DNA of 64,000 nt. Source: an uncultured Chloroflexia bacterium (GTDB lineage: Bacteria; Chloroflexota; Limnocylindria; Limnocylindrales; CSP1-4). The stretch spans positions 125,364 to 189,363 of the forward strand of contig CAWKLT010000013.1 of NCBI GenBank assembly GCA_963850555.1, given 5' to 3'. The notes under the pieces are model-generated. The model was not told the origin of the DNA. It saw only the letters and a program-made list of their open reading frames with translations, and searched no databases. The translations under genes and the position numbers were made by a program. How positions within the stretch are numbered: the stretch's first letter is position 1; the number at the start of each line of letters is the position of its first letter. Below, in pieces: positions 42,086-52,072 of this stretch.

Positions 42086-43700
42086 TCGGCGCGGCGGAAG
42101 GGCTCGAGGAGGGACACCGGGTGCCGCTCATCGGGCTCCTCGGCGTCGAGCTCGTCGGCCTCCAGGACGCGCAGCGTGAATCCGAATTCGGAGCCGCCGC
42201 CCGGCGGCCGCAGCGCCCACATCCGCCCGCCCATCGCCTCGACGAGGCTGCGACACACGAACAGCCCGATCCCTGAACCGGCGACCGCCCTGGCGCTGTC
42301 GGGATCGCGGTAGAACAGGTCGAAGACGCGTCGCAGCGATTCGTCCGGGATCCCGGGGCCGTCGTCGGTCACGCGGATCTCGACGACGCTGTCGTCCCGG
42401 CGAGCATCGATGACGACCTTCGTCCCCACGGGCGTGTACTTCGCGGCGTTGCCCAGGAGGTTGCGCACGATCTGCTCGACATACGTTCCTTCGCCGGCGA
42501 CGACGGGCAGGTCGGGTCCCAGCCGGGTCTCGATGTGGAGGGACGGCAGGTCGGGAGCCTCCTGGGCGACGATCCGTTCGATCAGCCGTCGCGGCTGGAG
42601 TGGCTCGGCGTCGATGACCAGCCGTCCACGTTCCGCGCGGCTCAGGACCAGCAGGTCCTCGACGAGCCGATGGAGTCGCTCGGACTCGGCGCGAACGTCT
42701 TCGAGCAGGGCCGCGCGCGAGGCGGGATCGTCGGCGCGTCCCGGACGGGCCAGGATCTGGGTGAGGCCCAGGATGGTGGTGATCGGCGTGCGCAGCTCAT
42801 GGCTGATGACGTCGATGAACGCCTCGCGGAACTCCCCGGCCCGGCGCTCCTCCAGGAGCAGCTGGTCGCGCTGCTCCTCGACGCGACGACGCTCCGTGAT
42901 GTCCTGGCCGGTACCGATCATCGAGATCGGCGCGTCCTCCGGCGTCGCGAAGGACGCGGCCGGCACCCTGCGTCCAGTGGACCGACCCGTCCGGCCAGAC
43001 CACGCGGAAATCAAGGGCGTAGGGCGCCGCGCCCTCGACCGCCGCCTGGACGCCGGTGCGGAACGGCTCCCGGTCGTCGGGATGGATCATGTCCAGGTAG
43101 GCCTCGAACGACGGGGCCTGCGGCATCGGCTCCAGGCCGTGCTGGCGGAAGATCTCGTCCGACCACGTCAGGGAGTTGTCGGTGATGTCCCACTCCCAGA
43201 ATCCGGTCCCGGAAGCCGCGAGCATGACCTCGAGCCGACGGTCTCGGGCCTCGACCGCCTCGGCGAGTGCCGCGACCTCGTCGAGCGCGTCGACGAGCCG
43301 GTCGCGCGCCGCGCGACGGGAGGCGACGATCAGCACCGTTCCCGTGGCCGCCACGACGTAGATGATCTGGCGGACGAGCTCGACCGCGCGATGCCAGGGT
43401 CGCGTCCCCACCCAGGAAGAACACCCCGTTGAGGATCACCGACGCGACGATGGCCGTCATCCCGCCGATGAGGCCGCCGAACCAGGCCGCCAGAACCGCC
43501 GCCGCCATGAGCAGGATGTATCCCGTGTCGCCCTGGGCGAACTGGTTGAGCGCGGCCTTCGAAGCGAGGGCTGCCACGGCGATGCCGAGCCCGGCGAGCA
43601 CCGCATACCCGGGCGCGAACCGGATATCGCGCGCCCTGGCGATCTCACCCTTGGCTCGTCCGGCTGCCTGCCCTGCGGCGCCCGCCGTCTCCTGCGTCAC
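42058..43700 (-). pseudogene. sensor histidine kinase (DUF4118 membrane domain, PAS, HisKA, HATPase), frameshifted near 43400 and 43000; C-terminus uncertain
   Basis: GTG start at 43700 with SD GAGGGAG. The DUF4118-like 4-TM segment is in ORF 43011..44114 and the PAS domain in ORF 42797..43411. HisKA (ISHELRTPITTI) and HATPase are in ORF 41755..43014, which runs 330 nt into convergent chrA, so it probably ends near 42060. Confidence 0.7.
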
Positions 43701-43910
43701 GTATCTCCCTCGCGATGCCTTGAGCGTCGGAAGTATGGACCACGTCTCGCCGTCGGACGAGAGCCGTCGGCGCGGCGCCTGTCGTCGCGCTGTCGCCCCG
43801 TCGTAACGAGCGTCAGCGATCGTCGGCATCCGGCCAGGATGGCCGCGCTCGCAGGATGACCACCTGCGATCCGGCGACGATCCCGGCGCCGGCCTAAAGG
43901 AGATCGACCG

Positions 43911-44246
43911 ATGACAGGAAACGACTCGACCAACCGCGATGGATCCGAGGGGGCCGCACGCCCGCTCCAACGGACGATGGGCAGCGCACGGACCATCCGG
44001 ATGACCAGCACCGCGATCCAGGCGCCTACGTCGGACGAGAGCCCGAGCGCCAGGCCGCCACGATCCCGGGTGGCATCTCGCCCGATGACGAGCGCGTTGC
44101 TGCGCACAGCACACAGCCGGGCGCGACGGCCGAAGATCTCGACCCTGACGGCCATCGCGAAGGCTCGCCAGCCGACGACGATCAGGTCCGCGAGGCCGGC
44201 CAGTCCCGCTGATAGCCGCCTGATAGACGGCATGACCGCGGCTTGA
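43911..44246 (+). CDS. hypothetical ORF (111 aa, Ser/Thr/Arg/Ala-rich), doubtful
   Basis: A strong SD AAAGGAG sits 8 nt upstream of ATG 43911. There is no hydrophobic core and no recognisable family. Given the indel-prone sequence, the true frame is uncertain. Confidence 0.3.
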   Translation: MTGNDSTNRDGSEGAARPLQRTMGSARTIRMTSTAIQAPTSDESPSARPPRSRVASRPMTSALLRTAHSRARRPKISTLTAIAKARQPTTIRSARPASPADSRLIDGMTAA

Positions 44247-44347
44247 CGTCCCGCCCGGCTGGCGCCACCTACCGTCGGAGCAACGGCGTCATCCGACGTC
44301 CCGTCACCGGCGATCTGCCGGTCAGCTCGAATACAAGGAGGCCCCCA

Positions 44348-44779
44348 GTGGACCACGACACGACAACGACGCACGATCACCCCCACGATGACGACCTCTT
44401 GAACGAGGGCCGTGGCACGGCTCCCGAGAACGAGGAAGGCGGCACGGAAGCCGTTGGCGCCGGAGCCGGTGCTCTCGGCGGCGCAGCCGTCGGCATGGCC
44501 GTCGGTGGACCCCCCGGTGCCGTCGTCGGTGGCGCGATCGGCGCCGTCGGTGGCGCGATCGCCGGTGAGGCGGCCGAAGGCGACGACGAGGCCGGTGCAG
44601 GCACCGGAGCCCTCGGTGGCGCCGCGGCCGGCGCGCTCGTTGGTGGCGCCGTCGCCGGACCTCCCGGCGCGGTCGTCGGTGGTGCGGTCGGTGCGGCCGG
44701 CGGTGCCGGCGCGGGCGACCAGACCGAGGAAGAGACCGAGGAGAACGACCCGGCCAACCCGGCCACGCGCTCCTACTGA
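44348..44779 (+). CDS. glycine-zipper repeat protein (Gly/Ala-rich, internally duplicated)
   Basis: GTG at 44348 with a perfect SD AAGGAGG 7 nt upstream. It has an acidic N-terminus, then two copies of about 45 aa (GALGGAAVGMAVGGPPGAVVGGAIGAVGGAIAG), then an acidic tail. Confidence 0.55.
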   Translation: MDHDTTTTHDHPHDDDLLNEGRGTAPENEEGGTEAVGAGAGALGGAAVGMAVGGPPGAVVGGAIGAVGGAIAGEAAEGDDEAGAGTGALGGAAAGALVGGAVAGPPGAVVGGAVGAAGGAGAGDQTEEETEENDPANPATRSY

Positions 44780-44881
44780 CCCAGCCCGACCCGGCAATCG
44801 GCCGGGAGTGCGACACTGGCCGTGAGGATCCCGCCCGGCGGGCCCTCACGGCCGATCTTTTCCCTTATGGTGTTACGTCCC

Positions 44882-46038
44882 ATGACTCGTTCGCTCCGCA
44901 TCGCCCAGGTCGCCCCGCCCTTCGAGCGCGTGCCACCGCGGGCGTACGGCGGGACGGAGCGCATCGTGCACGGGCTGGTCACGGAGCTCGACCGCCGAGG
45001 TCACGAAGTCACGACCTTCGCCAGCGGCGATTCCGTGGTGCCTGGCCGACACATCGAGACGGTGCCCGAGGCGCTCCGCCCCCTTGGCTACGCCGGCGAT
45101 TCGCTGCCGTACATGCAGCTGACGCTCCACGAGGTCCTGGCGCGCGCCACCGAATTCGACCTGATCCACGCGCACATGGAATGGGCCAGCCTGCTGCTCG
45201 CCCGTGTCAGCCCCGTCCCGGTCGTGACGACGTTCCACGGCCGGCTGGACCTTCCGTGGGCCGACGCGCTGCTGCGAAACCCGCCCGAAGGGCTCGTCGC
45301 CATCAGCGAGAACCAGGCCGGAACGCACCCTGACGTGCCGTGGGCCGCGGTCGTCCACAACGGCCTGCGCCTGACCGACATGCCATTCGGATCGAAGCGG
45401 ACCGACGCGTTGTGCTTCGTGGGACGGGTGGTGCCCGAGAAGGGGATCGTCGAGGCCATCGAGATCGCCGTGGCGGCCGATCGCCCGTTGCGCATCGCGG
45501 CCAAGGCCGGCCCGACGGCACGTGGAAGCGCGACTACTTCGAGAACGTGTTCCGGCCGGCGATGAAGGCCGCGGGCTCGCTCGTCGAGTACCTCGGGGAG
45601 CTCGACCAGACCGATCGCGACGACCTCTTCGCACAGAGCTACGCCACACTGATGCCTGGGTCGTGGCCGGAGCCGTTCGGCCTCGTCCTCATCGAGTCGC
45701 TGGCGGCCGGCACGCCGGTCATCGCCCGGCGGGTCGGCGGCCTGCCCGAGATCCTGCGAGACGGCATCGATGGCTTCTTCGGCGACGACGTCAAGGGCAT
45801 GGCCTTCAAGGTCGACCGCGTGGTCGACCTGGATCGGCGGGCGATCCGCGAGTCGGTCCTCGACCGCTTCTCGGTCGAACGGATGACCGATCGATACGAG
45901 GCCGTGTATTCAGCCCGCCTCGACGCGGCCAGAAAGAAGATCGCGGTCGGACCTGGAGCGGCCCAGGGTGGCGACGAGGACGCCGAGGAGCCCGAGCAAT
46001 TGGCCGCCCACCGGATGGGGACGCTCGCCCGGCGCTGA
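44882..46038 (+). pseudogene. glycosyltransferase family 4 protein, frameshifted near 45515
   Basis: The N-terminal Rossmann half (start MTRSLRIAQVAPPFERVPP...) is in ORF 44822..45565. The C-terminal half with the E(x7)E region (EPFGLVLIESLAAGTPVIA) is in ORF 45340..46038. Confidence 0.8.
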
Positions 46039-46213
46039 CCGGCCGCCGGTCACCCACCGTCAACCTCGCGCGCGATGCCCCGGCGCGGCTCGTTGCTTGC
46101 GGGAATGCCACGCGTCTGCGACATCCCCTCCGGTCGTCCGCGCCGCTTTCCTGACGTGCGTCTTGTAACGCTGTCGTCCCGCGGAGCGCGGGATGCCGCC
46201 AGGAGGTATCGAC

Positions 46214-46390
46214 ATGCCGCAGAAAGCGTGGACGGACAAGCGCGAACGCCAGTACGAGCACATCAAGGACTCCTACCAGGAGCGTGGCGTCAGCACCGAC
46301 GAAGCGGAGGAGCGCGCCGCCCGGACGGTGAACAAGGAGCGCACCGAGGCGGGCGAGACGAAGGCGCAACGGAAGGGCAGCTCCAAGTGA
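46214..46390 (+). CDS. small hydrophilic protein (58 aa) of a conserved actinobacterial type
   Basis: SD AGGAGG 8 nt upstream of ATG 46214 gives MPQKAWTDKRERQYEHIKDSYQERGVSTDEAEERAARTVNKERTEAGETKAQRKGSSK. Its TGA stop overlaps the GTG start of the downstream LLM gene (GTGA). Confidence 0.55.
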   Translation: MPQKAWTDKRERQYEHIKDSYQERGVSTDEAEERAARTVNKERTEAGETKAQRKGSSK

Positions 46391-47361
46391 CCGCCATCGG
46401 CTATGCGCTATCGAGCGAGGAGCACGGCCCGCGGGATCTCGTGGCCAACGCCCGGGCCGCCGAGGAGGCCGGCTTCTCGTTCGCACTCATCTCGGACCAT
46501 TTCCACCCATGGATCGAGCGTCACCCGCACAGCCCGTTCGTGTGGGGCGTGCTCGGGGCCATCGCCCAGGCCACGGACAAGCTGGTCGTCGGGACCGGGG
46601 TGACCTGTCCGACGTTCCGGACCCACCCCGCGATCATCGCCCACGCCGCGGCCACGGCCGCGGACCTGATGCCGGGACGGTTCTTCCTGGGTGTCGGGAC
46701 GGGCGAGAACCTCAACGAGCACATCCTGGGCCAGGCCTGGCCGGAGTGGGAGGTCCGCGCCGAGATGCTCGAGGAGGCCGTCGAGATCATCCGCGAGCTA
46801 TGGAAGGGCAAGGTGACCAGCCATCGCGGCCGGCACTACACCGTGCAGAACGCCAAGCTCTACACGCTGCCCAAGGAGCTGCCCCGCATCCATGTCGCGG
46901 TCGGTGGTGAGCGCATGGCCGAGGTGGCGGGCCGGATCGCGGACGGCCTCATCACGACCGCCCCGGACAAGAAGCTGCTCGGGGCCTATCGGCGAGCCGG
47001 CGGCGAGGGTCCGAAGTTCGGCCAGGTGACGCTGTGCTGGGCGGCCTCAGAACGCGCGGCCCGCAAGACCGCCCACGAGTGGTGGCCCACCGCCGCCCTG
47101 CACGGCGAAGTCAGCCAGGAACTGCCGAACCCGGCCCAGTTCACTGACCTCGTGCAGAGCGTCACGGAGGACCAGGTCGCCGAGGTCATCACGTGCGGGC
47201 CCGACGCCGACGCGCATCTCGCGAAGATCCAGGAATTCATCGACGCCGGCTTCGACCACGTGTACCTCCACCAGGTCGGTCCGGATCAGGATGGTTTTCT
47301 CGAGTTCGCGCGCAAGGAGCTCCTGCCGCGTATCGAGGCTCGGACGCCCGTCGCGGTCTGA
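46387..47361 (+). CDS. LLM-class F420-dependent oxidoreductase (G6PD-like TIGR03557 type)
   Basis: Reads from the GTG at 46387 as VTAIGYALSSEEHGPRDLV...FSFALISDHFHPW... and has an intact frame. Confidence 0.85.
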   Translation: MTAIGYALSSEEHGPRDLVANARAAEEAGFSFALISDHFHPWIERHPHSPFVWGVLGAIAQATDKLVVGTGVTCPTFRTHPAIIAHAAATAADLMPGRFFLGVGTGENLNEHILGQAWPEWEVRAEMLEEAVEIIRELWKGKVTSHRGRHYTVQNAKLYTLPKELPRIHVAVGGERMAEVAGRIADGLITTAPDKKLLGAYRRAGGEGPKFGQVTLCWAASERAARKTAHEWWPTAALHGEVSQELPNPAQFTDLVQSVTEDQVAEVITCGPDADAHLAKIQEFIDAGFDHVYLHQVGPDQDGFLEFARKELLPRIEARTPVAV

Positions 47362-47390
47362 CGTCGGCGGCTACGACCGGACTTTCGTCC

Positions 47391-47570
47391 CTAGCGCTGC
47401 TCGTCGGGCTCCTCGATGTCGGCCGCGTCCGGGGCGTCGGCCCCCTCCTTGAGCCACGGATTCGGCTCCTCGGCCGGCTCGGATGGCGATTCGGGCTCCG
47501 GCGCGGCGTCGGTCTCATGCTCGGTCTCGTAGGTGTCCTCGCCCGGTACGGGTCGCAGCTCATCGGTCAT
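47391..47570 (-). CDS. hypothetical small acidic protein (59 aa)
   Basis: SD GGAGGAGG 6 nt upstream of ATG 47570 gives MTDELRPVPGEDTYETEHETDAAPEPESPSEPAEEPNPWLKEGADAPDAADIEEPDEQR. It is the last gene of the ABC-2 operon. Confidence 0.45.
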   Translation of the reverse strand: MTDELRPVPGEDTYETEHETDAAPEPESPSEPAEEPNPWLKEGADAPDAADIEEPDEQR

Positions 47571-47608
47571 CGGTCGTCCTCCTCCGTGCGGTTCGGTCGG
47601 TTCGATGG

Positions 47609-48803
47609 TCAAGCACGGGTCATCCCGCGCCGCAGCAGGATCCAGGCGCCCGCGAGGGTCACCATCGCGATGACCCCGAGGGCCAGGAACTCCCAGGCCT
47701 GGTTCGTCATACCGCGAAGCATCAGGTCCTGCAGCAGCCGGATGCCATGGGTCACGGGCAGCGTGTAGGCGATCGCGCGAACGGGCTCATTGAACTCGCT
47801 GATCGGCAGGACGAAGCCGCTGAAGAAGACCGACGCGAGCAGCACGAGCAGGGACAGCTGGACGGCCTGTCGCTCCGAGTCCGAGACGACCGCGATCAGC
47901 AGGCCCGAGGCCGAGCGACGCCAGGAGCAACAGGGCGATCGCGAGGACGATGAGTCCGACCGGCCCGACCATCGGGACGCCCAGCCCGAGCACGAGCAGG
48001 GCCACGGTCAGCGTCGCGATGGCGCCGCCGATCAATCCGAAGGCCAGGACCTTTCCGGTGAGCACTTCCGCCGCGCTGACCGGGGCGATGCGGAACAGCT
48101 CGATCACGCCGCTCGTACGTTCCCGCACGAGCGACATCGCGACGAGCGTGACGGCGAGGTGCTGGAGGATCAGGGCCAGCACCGCCGGGGCGAAGTAGGA
48201 GATGACGTGCGGCGTCGATGGCGACACGTTGCGGATCTCGGCGCGCGTCGGGGCCGCGATGACCTCGGGCGGGATGGTGTCGGCTTCGGGCTCGCCGGCC
48301 GCGACGGCATAGCCCTGGCCCTCCGCCGCCACGCGTTCGATGATCTCGCGGTTGACGGCCGAGGCGAGGCCCGCGGCAAGGAAGCCCGCGTAGTTCTCGG
48401 CGACCGGGTCGACCACGTCGACGACGACCTCGATGACCGACTGCTCGCCGGCGCGGAACTTCGCATCCGGGTCCTCTGGGGCGATGACGACCACGTCGGC
48501 CGTGTCCGCCCGGAGCCGCGCCTCGGCCGCAGCCCGATCTGCCGTCACCTCGCTGATGTGGAGGCCGCCGCCGGCGAGCTCCTGGTACGTCTCGATGTCG
48601 GCGGGCAGACCGCTGGTCGGCGGGGCCACGATCACGGTCTCGAGCGGACGCTTGAAGCCGCTGTAGCCGAGGCCGAACACGGCCATGATCAGGAACGGAC
48701 CCAGGATCAGGCTGAGGATGGCGCCCGGCCGGCGCAGCGTCTCGATGATCTCCTTGCCGACGAAGGCCATCAGGCGGACGATCACCGCCAGGGCGGCCCG
48801 CAT
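47609..48803 (-). pseudogene. ABC-2 type transporter permease, frameshifted near 47890
   Basis: ORF 47787..48803 holds the N-terminal TM1, a large extracytoplasmic loop and TM helices. The C-terminal TM segments are in ORF 47609..47845. Confidence 0.75.
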
Positions 48804-49803
48804 CAGGCGTCCTCCTCGGACAGGTGATCCCGGGCCATGCGGTCGCGCTGGACGAGGATCGCGAAGACCTCGTCGAACGACTGTCGCGCCTCGCTCGCCG
48901 ACGTCACCTCACCGCCACGCTGGGTGATCGCCTCGACGACCTCCGGCATCGCCGTGGAGGCGTCGTCGACCATGACCCGCAGGCCGTTCGGTTCCGCGCC
49001 GCTCGACGCTCCGGACGACCGGCAACGCCGAGAGGCTTGCGCTGTCGAACTCGTTGCCGAGCTCGATCTCGACGGCGTCTCCGCCCATCGCCTCGCGGCG
49101 CAGGTCGTCGGGACGCGCCAGGGCGATGAGCCGGCCGTCCGAGATCAGGGCCACGGTGTCGCATTCCTCCGCCTCGTTGACGTACTGGGTGGTCACGAGG
49201 AGCGTCCGTCCGTCATCGCGCAGGCGATGCAGCTCCTTCCAGACGGTGGCCCGCAGGATCGGGTCGATCCCCGCGGTGGGTTCGTCGAGGAACAGCAGGT
49301 CGGGATCGTGGACGAGCGCCGAGGCCAGCTCCAGTCGTCGCTGCATGCCACCGGACAGGCGACCGGCGCGCCGACCACGGGCGTCCCACAGGTCGACGAG
49401 CTGGAGCACCTCGCGGGTGCGACGGTGACGGGTGCGCCACAGGATGCCGAACAGCGACGCGACGAAATCGACGTTCTCGCGCGCCGTCAGGTCCGGGTAG
49501 AGGGTGAACTGCTGTGGCATGTACCCGATCCGCTCGCGGGTCTGTCGCCGGAAGGTCCGCGGGTCCTCGCCGAGCACGCGCACTTCACCGTCGTCGGGCG
49601 CCAGCGCCCCGGTGAGCAGACGGATCGTGGTCGTCTTGCCGGACCCGGACGGGCCGATGATGCCCAGGATCGTCCCGCTCGGAACCGACAGCGAGATCCC
49701 GTCGACCGCGGTGTCGTCGCCGAAGCGCTTCGTGGCCCCGTCGATGACGACGGCCGCCCCGGCATCCGGCAGCGCGTCGGCCGTCGCCGCCGCATCAGGT
49801 CTC
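48804..49803 (-). pseudogene. ABC transporter ATP-binding protein (ABC-2 family), frameshifted near 48990
   Basis: GTG start at about 49803 with SD GGAGAC. Walker [10 protein letters not shown], signature LSGGMQRRLELA, Walker B LLFLDEPTAG. The C-terminal domain ...EPNGLRVMVDDASTAMPEVVEAITQRGGEVTS...SEEDA-stop is in another frame and ends at 48804, overlapping the permease ATG. Confidence 0.8.
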
Positions 49804-50094
49804 GCAGGCGGTGCATCCAACACTGGGGGTCTCCTCGGGCTCGTCGGCGGCTGGGCTGTCCCGTCGGCGGGGTTGGTCCCACCGCAGCTCCCCCCAGGGG
49901 CGCGGTGGGATGACGGAAGTATCCGGACCGCCGGGTATCGGCCTGCCGACGCGGGTGCGCAGCGGAGTTTCATCGATATCGCGGAACGCGCTTGCCACGT
50001 CGCTGAGAGGGGAGCAGCCCGGCCCTTGTGATGGGCGCCACCTCCGCGACCCGCCATCGTGCGCAGATGCCTGACCGTCGCCCCGCCGAGTCCG

Positions 50095-51250
50095 ATGTCA
50101 CCGCCGGATGCGCGTGCCGTCGCCCGTGACGCCGGCCTGCGCTACGCGACGGATGCGCGCCCCGGCATCAGCCGCCACCGCTCGGGGCGAGGGTTCAGCT
50201 ACCGAGACGCCGGGGGCGAGACGATCCGGGATCGCGAGGTCCTTGCCCGGATCCGGGCGCTCGCCATCCCACCCGCCTGGACCGACGTCTGGATCTGCCC
50301 GTGGCCGAACGGCCACCTCCAGGCGCGCGGGCGCGATGCCCGCGGCCGCAAGCAATACCGCTACCACGCCGACTGGCACCAGCGCCGCGGCAGCAACAAG
50401 TTCGATCGCATGCTCGCCTTCGCGGAGGTCCTGCCGCGGATCCGGCGCCGCTGTGACGCCGACCTCGCCACCCGTGGCCTGTCGCGCGAGAAGGTCCTGG
50501 CCGCCGTCGTCCGCCTGCTCGAGCTCACGCTGATCCGTGTCGGCAACGACGAATACGCCCGGCTCAACCGGTCCTTCGGGCTGACGACCCTGCGCGATCG
50601 GCACGCGAAGGTGGAGGGTGGCTCGGTCCGGTTCCGGTTCCGCGGGAAATCGGGCCAGGCCCACGAGGTCGGGCTTCGCGACCGCCGACTCGCGGGTTTG
50701 GTCCGACGCTGCCAGGAGCTACCCGGCCAGGAGCTCTTCCAGTACGTCGACGAGGACGGCGAGGTCCGCGACATCGGTTCGGACGACGTCAACGGCTACA
50801 TCCGCGACGCGGCCGGGGCGGAGTTCAGCGCGAAGGACTTTCGGACCTGGGCCGGCACGGTTCTGGCCTACCGCGCGCTCCGGGCGCTGCAACCGGCGGA
50901 CGGCGAGCATGGCGCGAAGCGGAACGTCGTCGAGGCGATCCGGCAGACCGCCGACCAGCTCGGCAACACCCCGGCCGTGGCCCGCGGCAGCTACGTCCAC
51001 CCGGCTGTCCTCGAGGCCTACCTCGAAGGCGTCGATCCGCGGGGCGTTGGTCCAGGCGGCGGAGGAGCAGGACACACCCCCGACGGCAGCGACTCCCCGA
51101 GAGGAGTCGGCGGTTCGTGCGCTGCTCCGCCAGCGGCTCGAGGACGACGCGGGGCGATCGTCGCGGGCGCCCCCGCGGTGCACGTCGATCGCGTCGGGCG
51201 AGCAAGACGGGTCGCCGACGCAAGACGCGGTCAGGCGGCGGACTCGTAGC
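50095..51250 (+). pseudogene. DNA topoisomerase IB (bacterial/poxvirus type), C-terminal frameshift near 51040
   Basis: Conserved blocks GLRYATDARPGISR, IPPAWTDVWIC, FRFRGKSGQ, KDFRTWAGTVLA and the active-site Tyr in ARGSYVHPAVLEAYLEG. The tail continues as SIRGALVQAAEEQ... in another frame. Confidence 0.8.
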
Positions 51251-51984
51251 AGGGGAGCGAGAAGCCGATCTCCACGGCGCCCGCCTCGCCATCGGTCACC
51301 CACGTCCTGCCACGCATCGCCTCGATCAGACGGCCGGCCACGTACATCGCGATGCCGGGGCTGACCGATCCCGGCCCCGGGTCCGAGACCGGAAGCTGGA
51401 ACAGGTCCGCCCCGATCCTCGACCGAGAGCGTGCCCGTCCGGTCGAGGAGTCGGCAGAACACCTGCTGGTCCTCGCCACTCACGGCGACCTCCAGGTCCG
51501 TCGCCCCGGCAGCGCGCCACGCGACATTGGCGATGAGATTGCGCAACGCGTGAGCCAGGGCGCCCGGATCGGCGGCGGCCGGTGGTGGCGTCCCGTCGAG
51601 CCGGAGCATGACGCGCAGGCCCGGCCAGCGCGGCGCCTCGATCTGTGACCCGGCGTCGACCGCACGGATCAGGGAGATCGGCTCACGGGTCACGCGGACC
51701 GCGTCGTGCTCGAGTCGGGTGAGGACCAGGAGGTCCTCGACGGCCCGGAACAGGCGCGCAGCCTCGTGATACACGTCGGACGCGAGCTCGCGGCGCATCG
51801 CCGGGAGGAGGTCCTCGTCCCGGGCGAGGACCGCGCTACCCGCGTAGATGGTCGTGATCGGCGTTCGCAATTCGTGCGCGAGCACGCCCAACAGCGCTTC
51901 GTGCTCCGCGGCGCGGGCACGTTCGGACGCCTGGGGCGGACCTTGGGCAATGTCGGACTGCGGCATGCTCCAAGAGTCGGCCAT
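51231..51984 (-). pseudogene. soluble histidine kinase (HisKA plus HATPase, no sensor domain), frameshifted near 51440
   Basis: The H-box LAHELRTPITTI and N/G1 blocks are in ORF 50719..51984. G2 and the C-terminus (LFQLPVSDPGPGS...EIGFSLP) are in ORF 51231..51479. Confidence 0.7.
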
Positions 51985-52072
51985 GCGATGGTCCCCCCGA
52001 TGTCGCGGGTGGGTCGGGGTTGTCTTGCGAGCGTGTTGCGCGTCGGATCGGTCCCCGTGTGGGCACCCGACG

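Noticed and set aside
43697-44797. 366-aa minus-strand ORF across the HK/glycine-zipper intergenic region
   Set aside because: It has low-complexity Arg/Gly-rich translation, no start-site support, and is antisense to the SD-supported glycine-zipper gene.
48909-50057. N-terminal 85 aa of the ABC-2 ATPase ORF (MAGRGGGAHHKGRAAP...)
   Set aside because: A junk-like extension upstream of the nucleotide-binding domain. A GTG at about 49803 with SD GGAGAC gives a normal-length ATPase.
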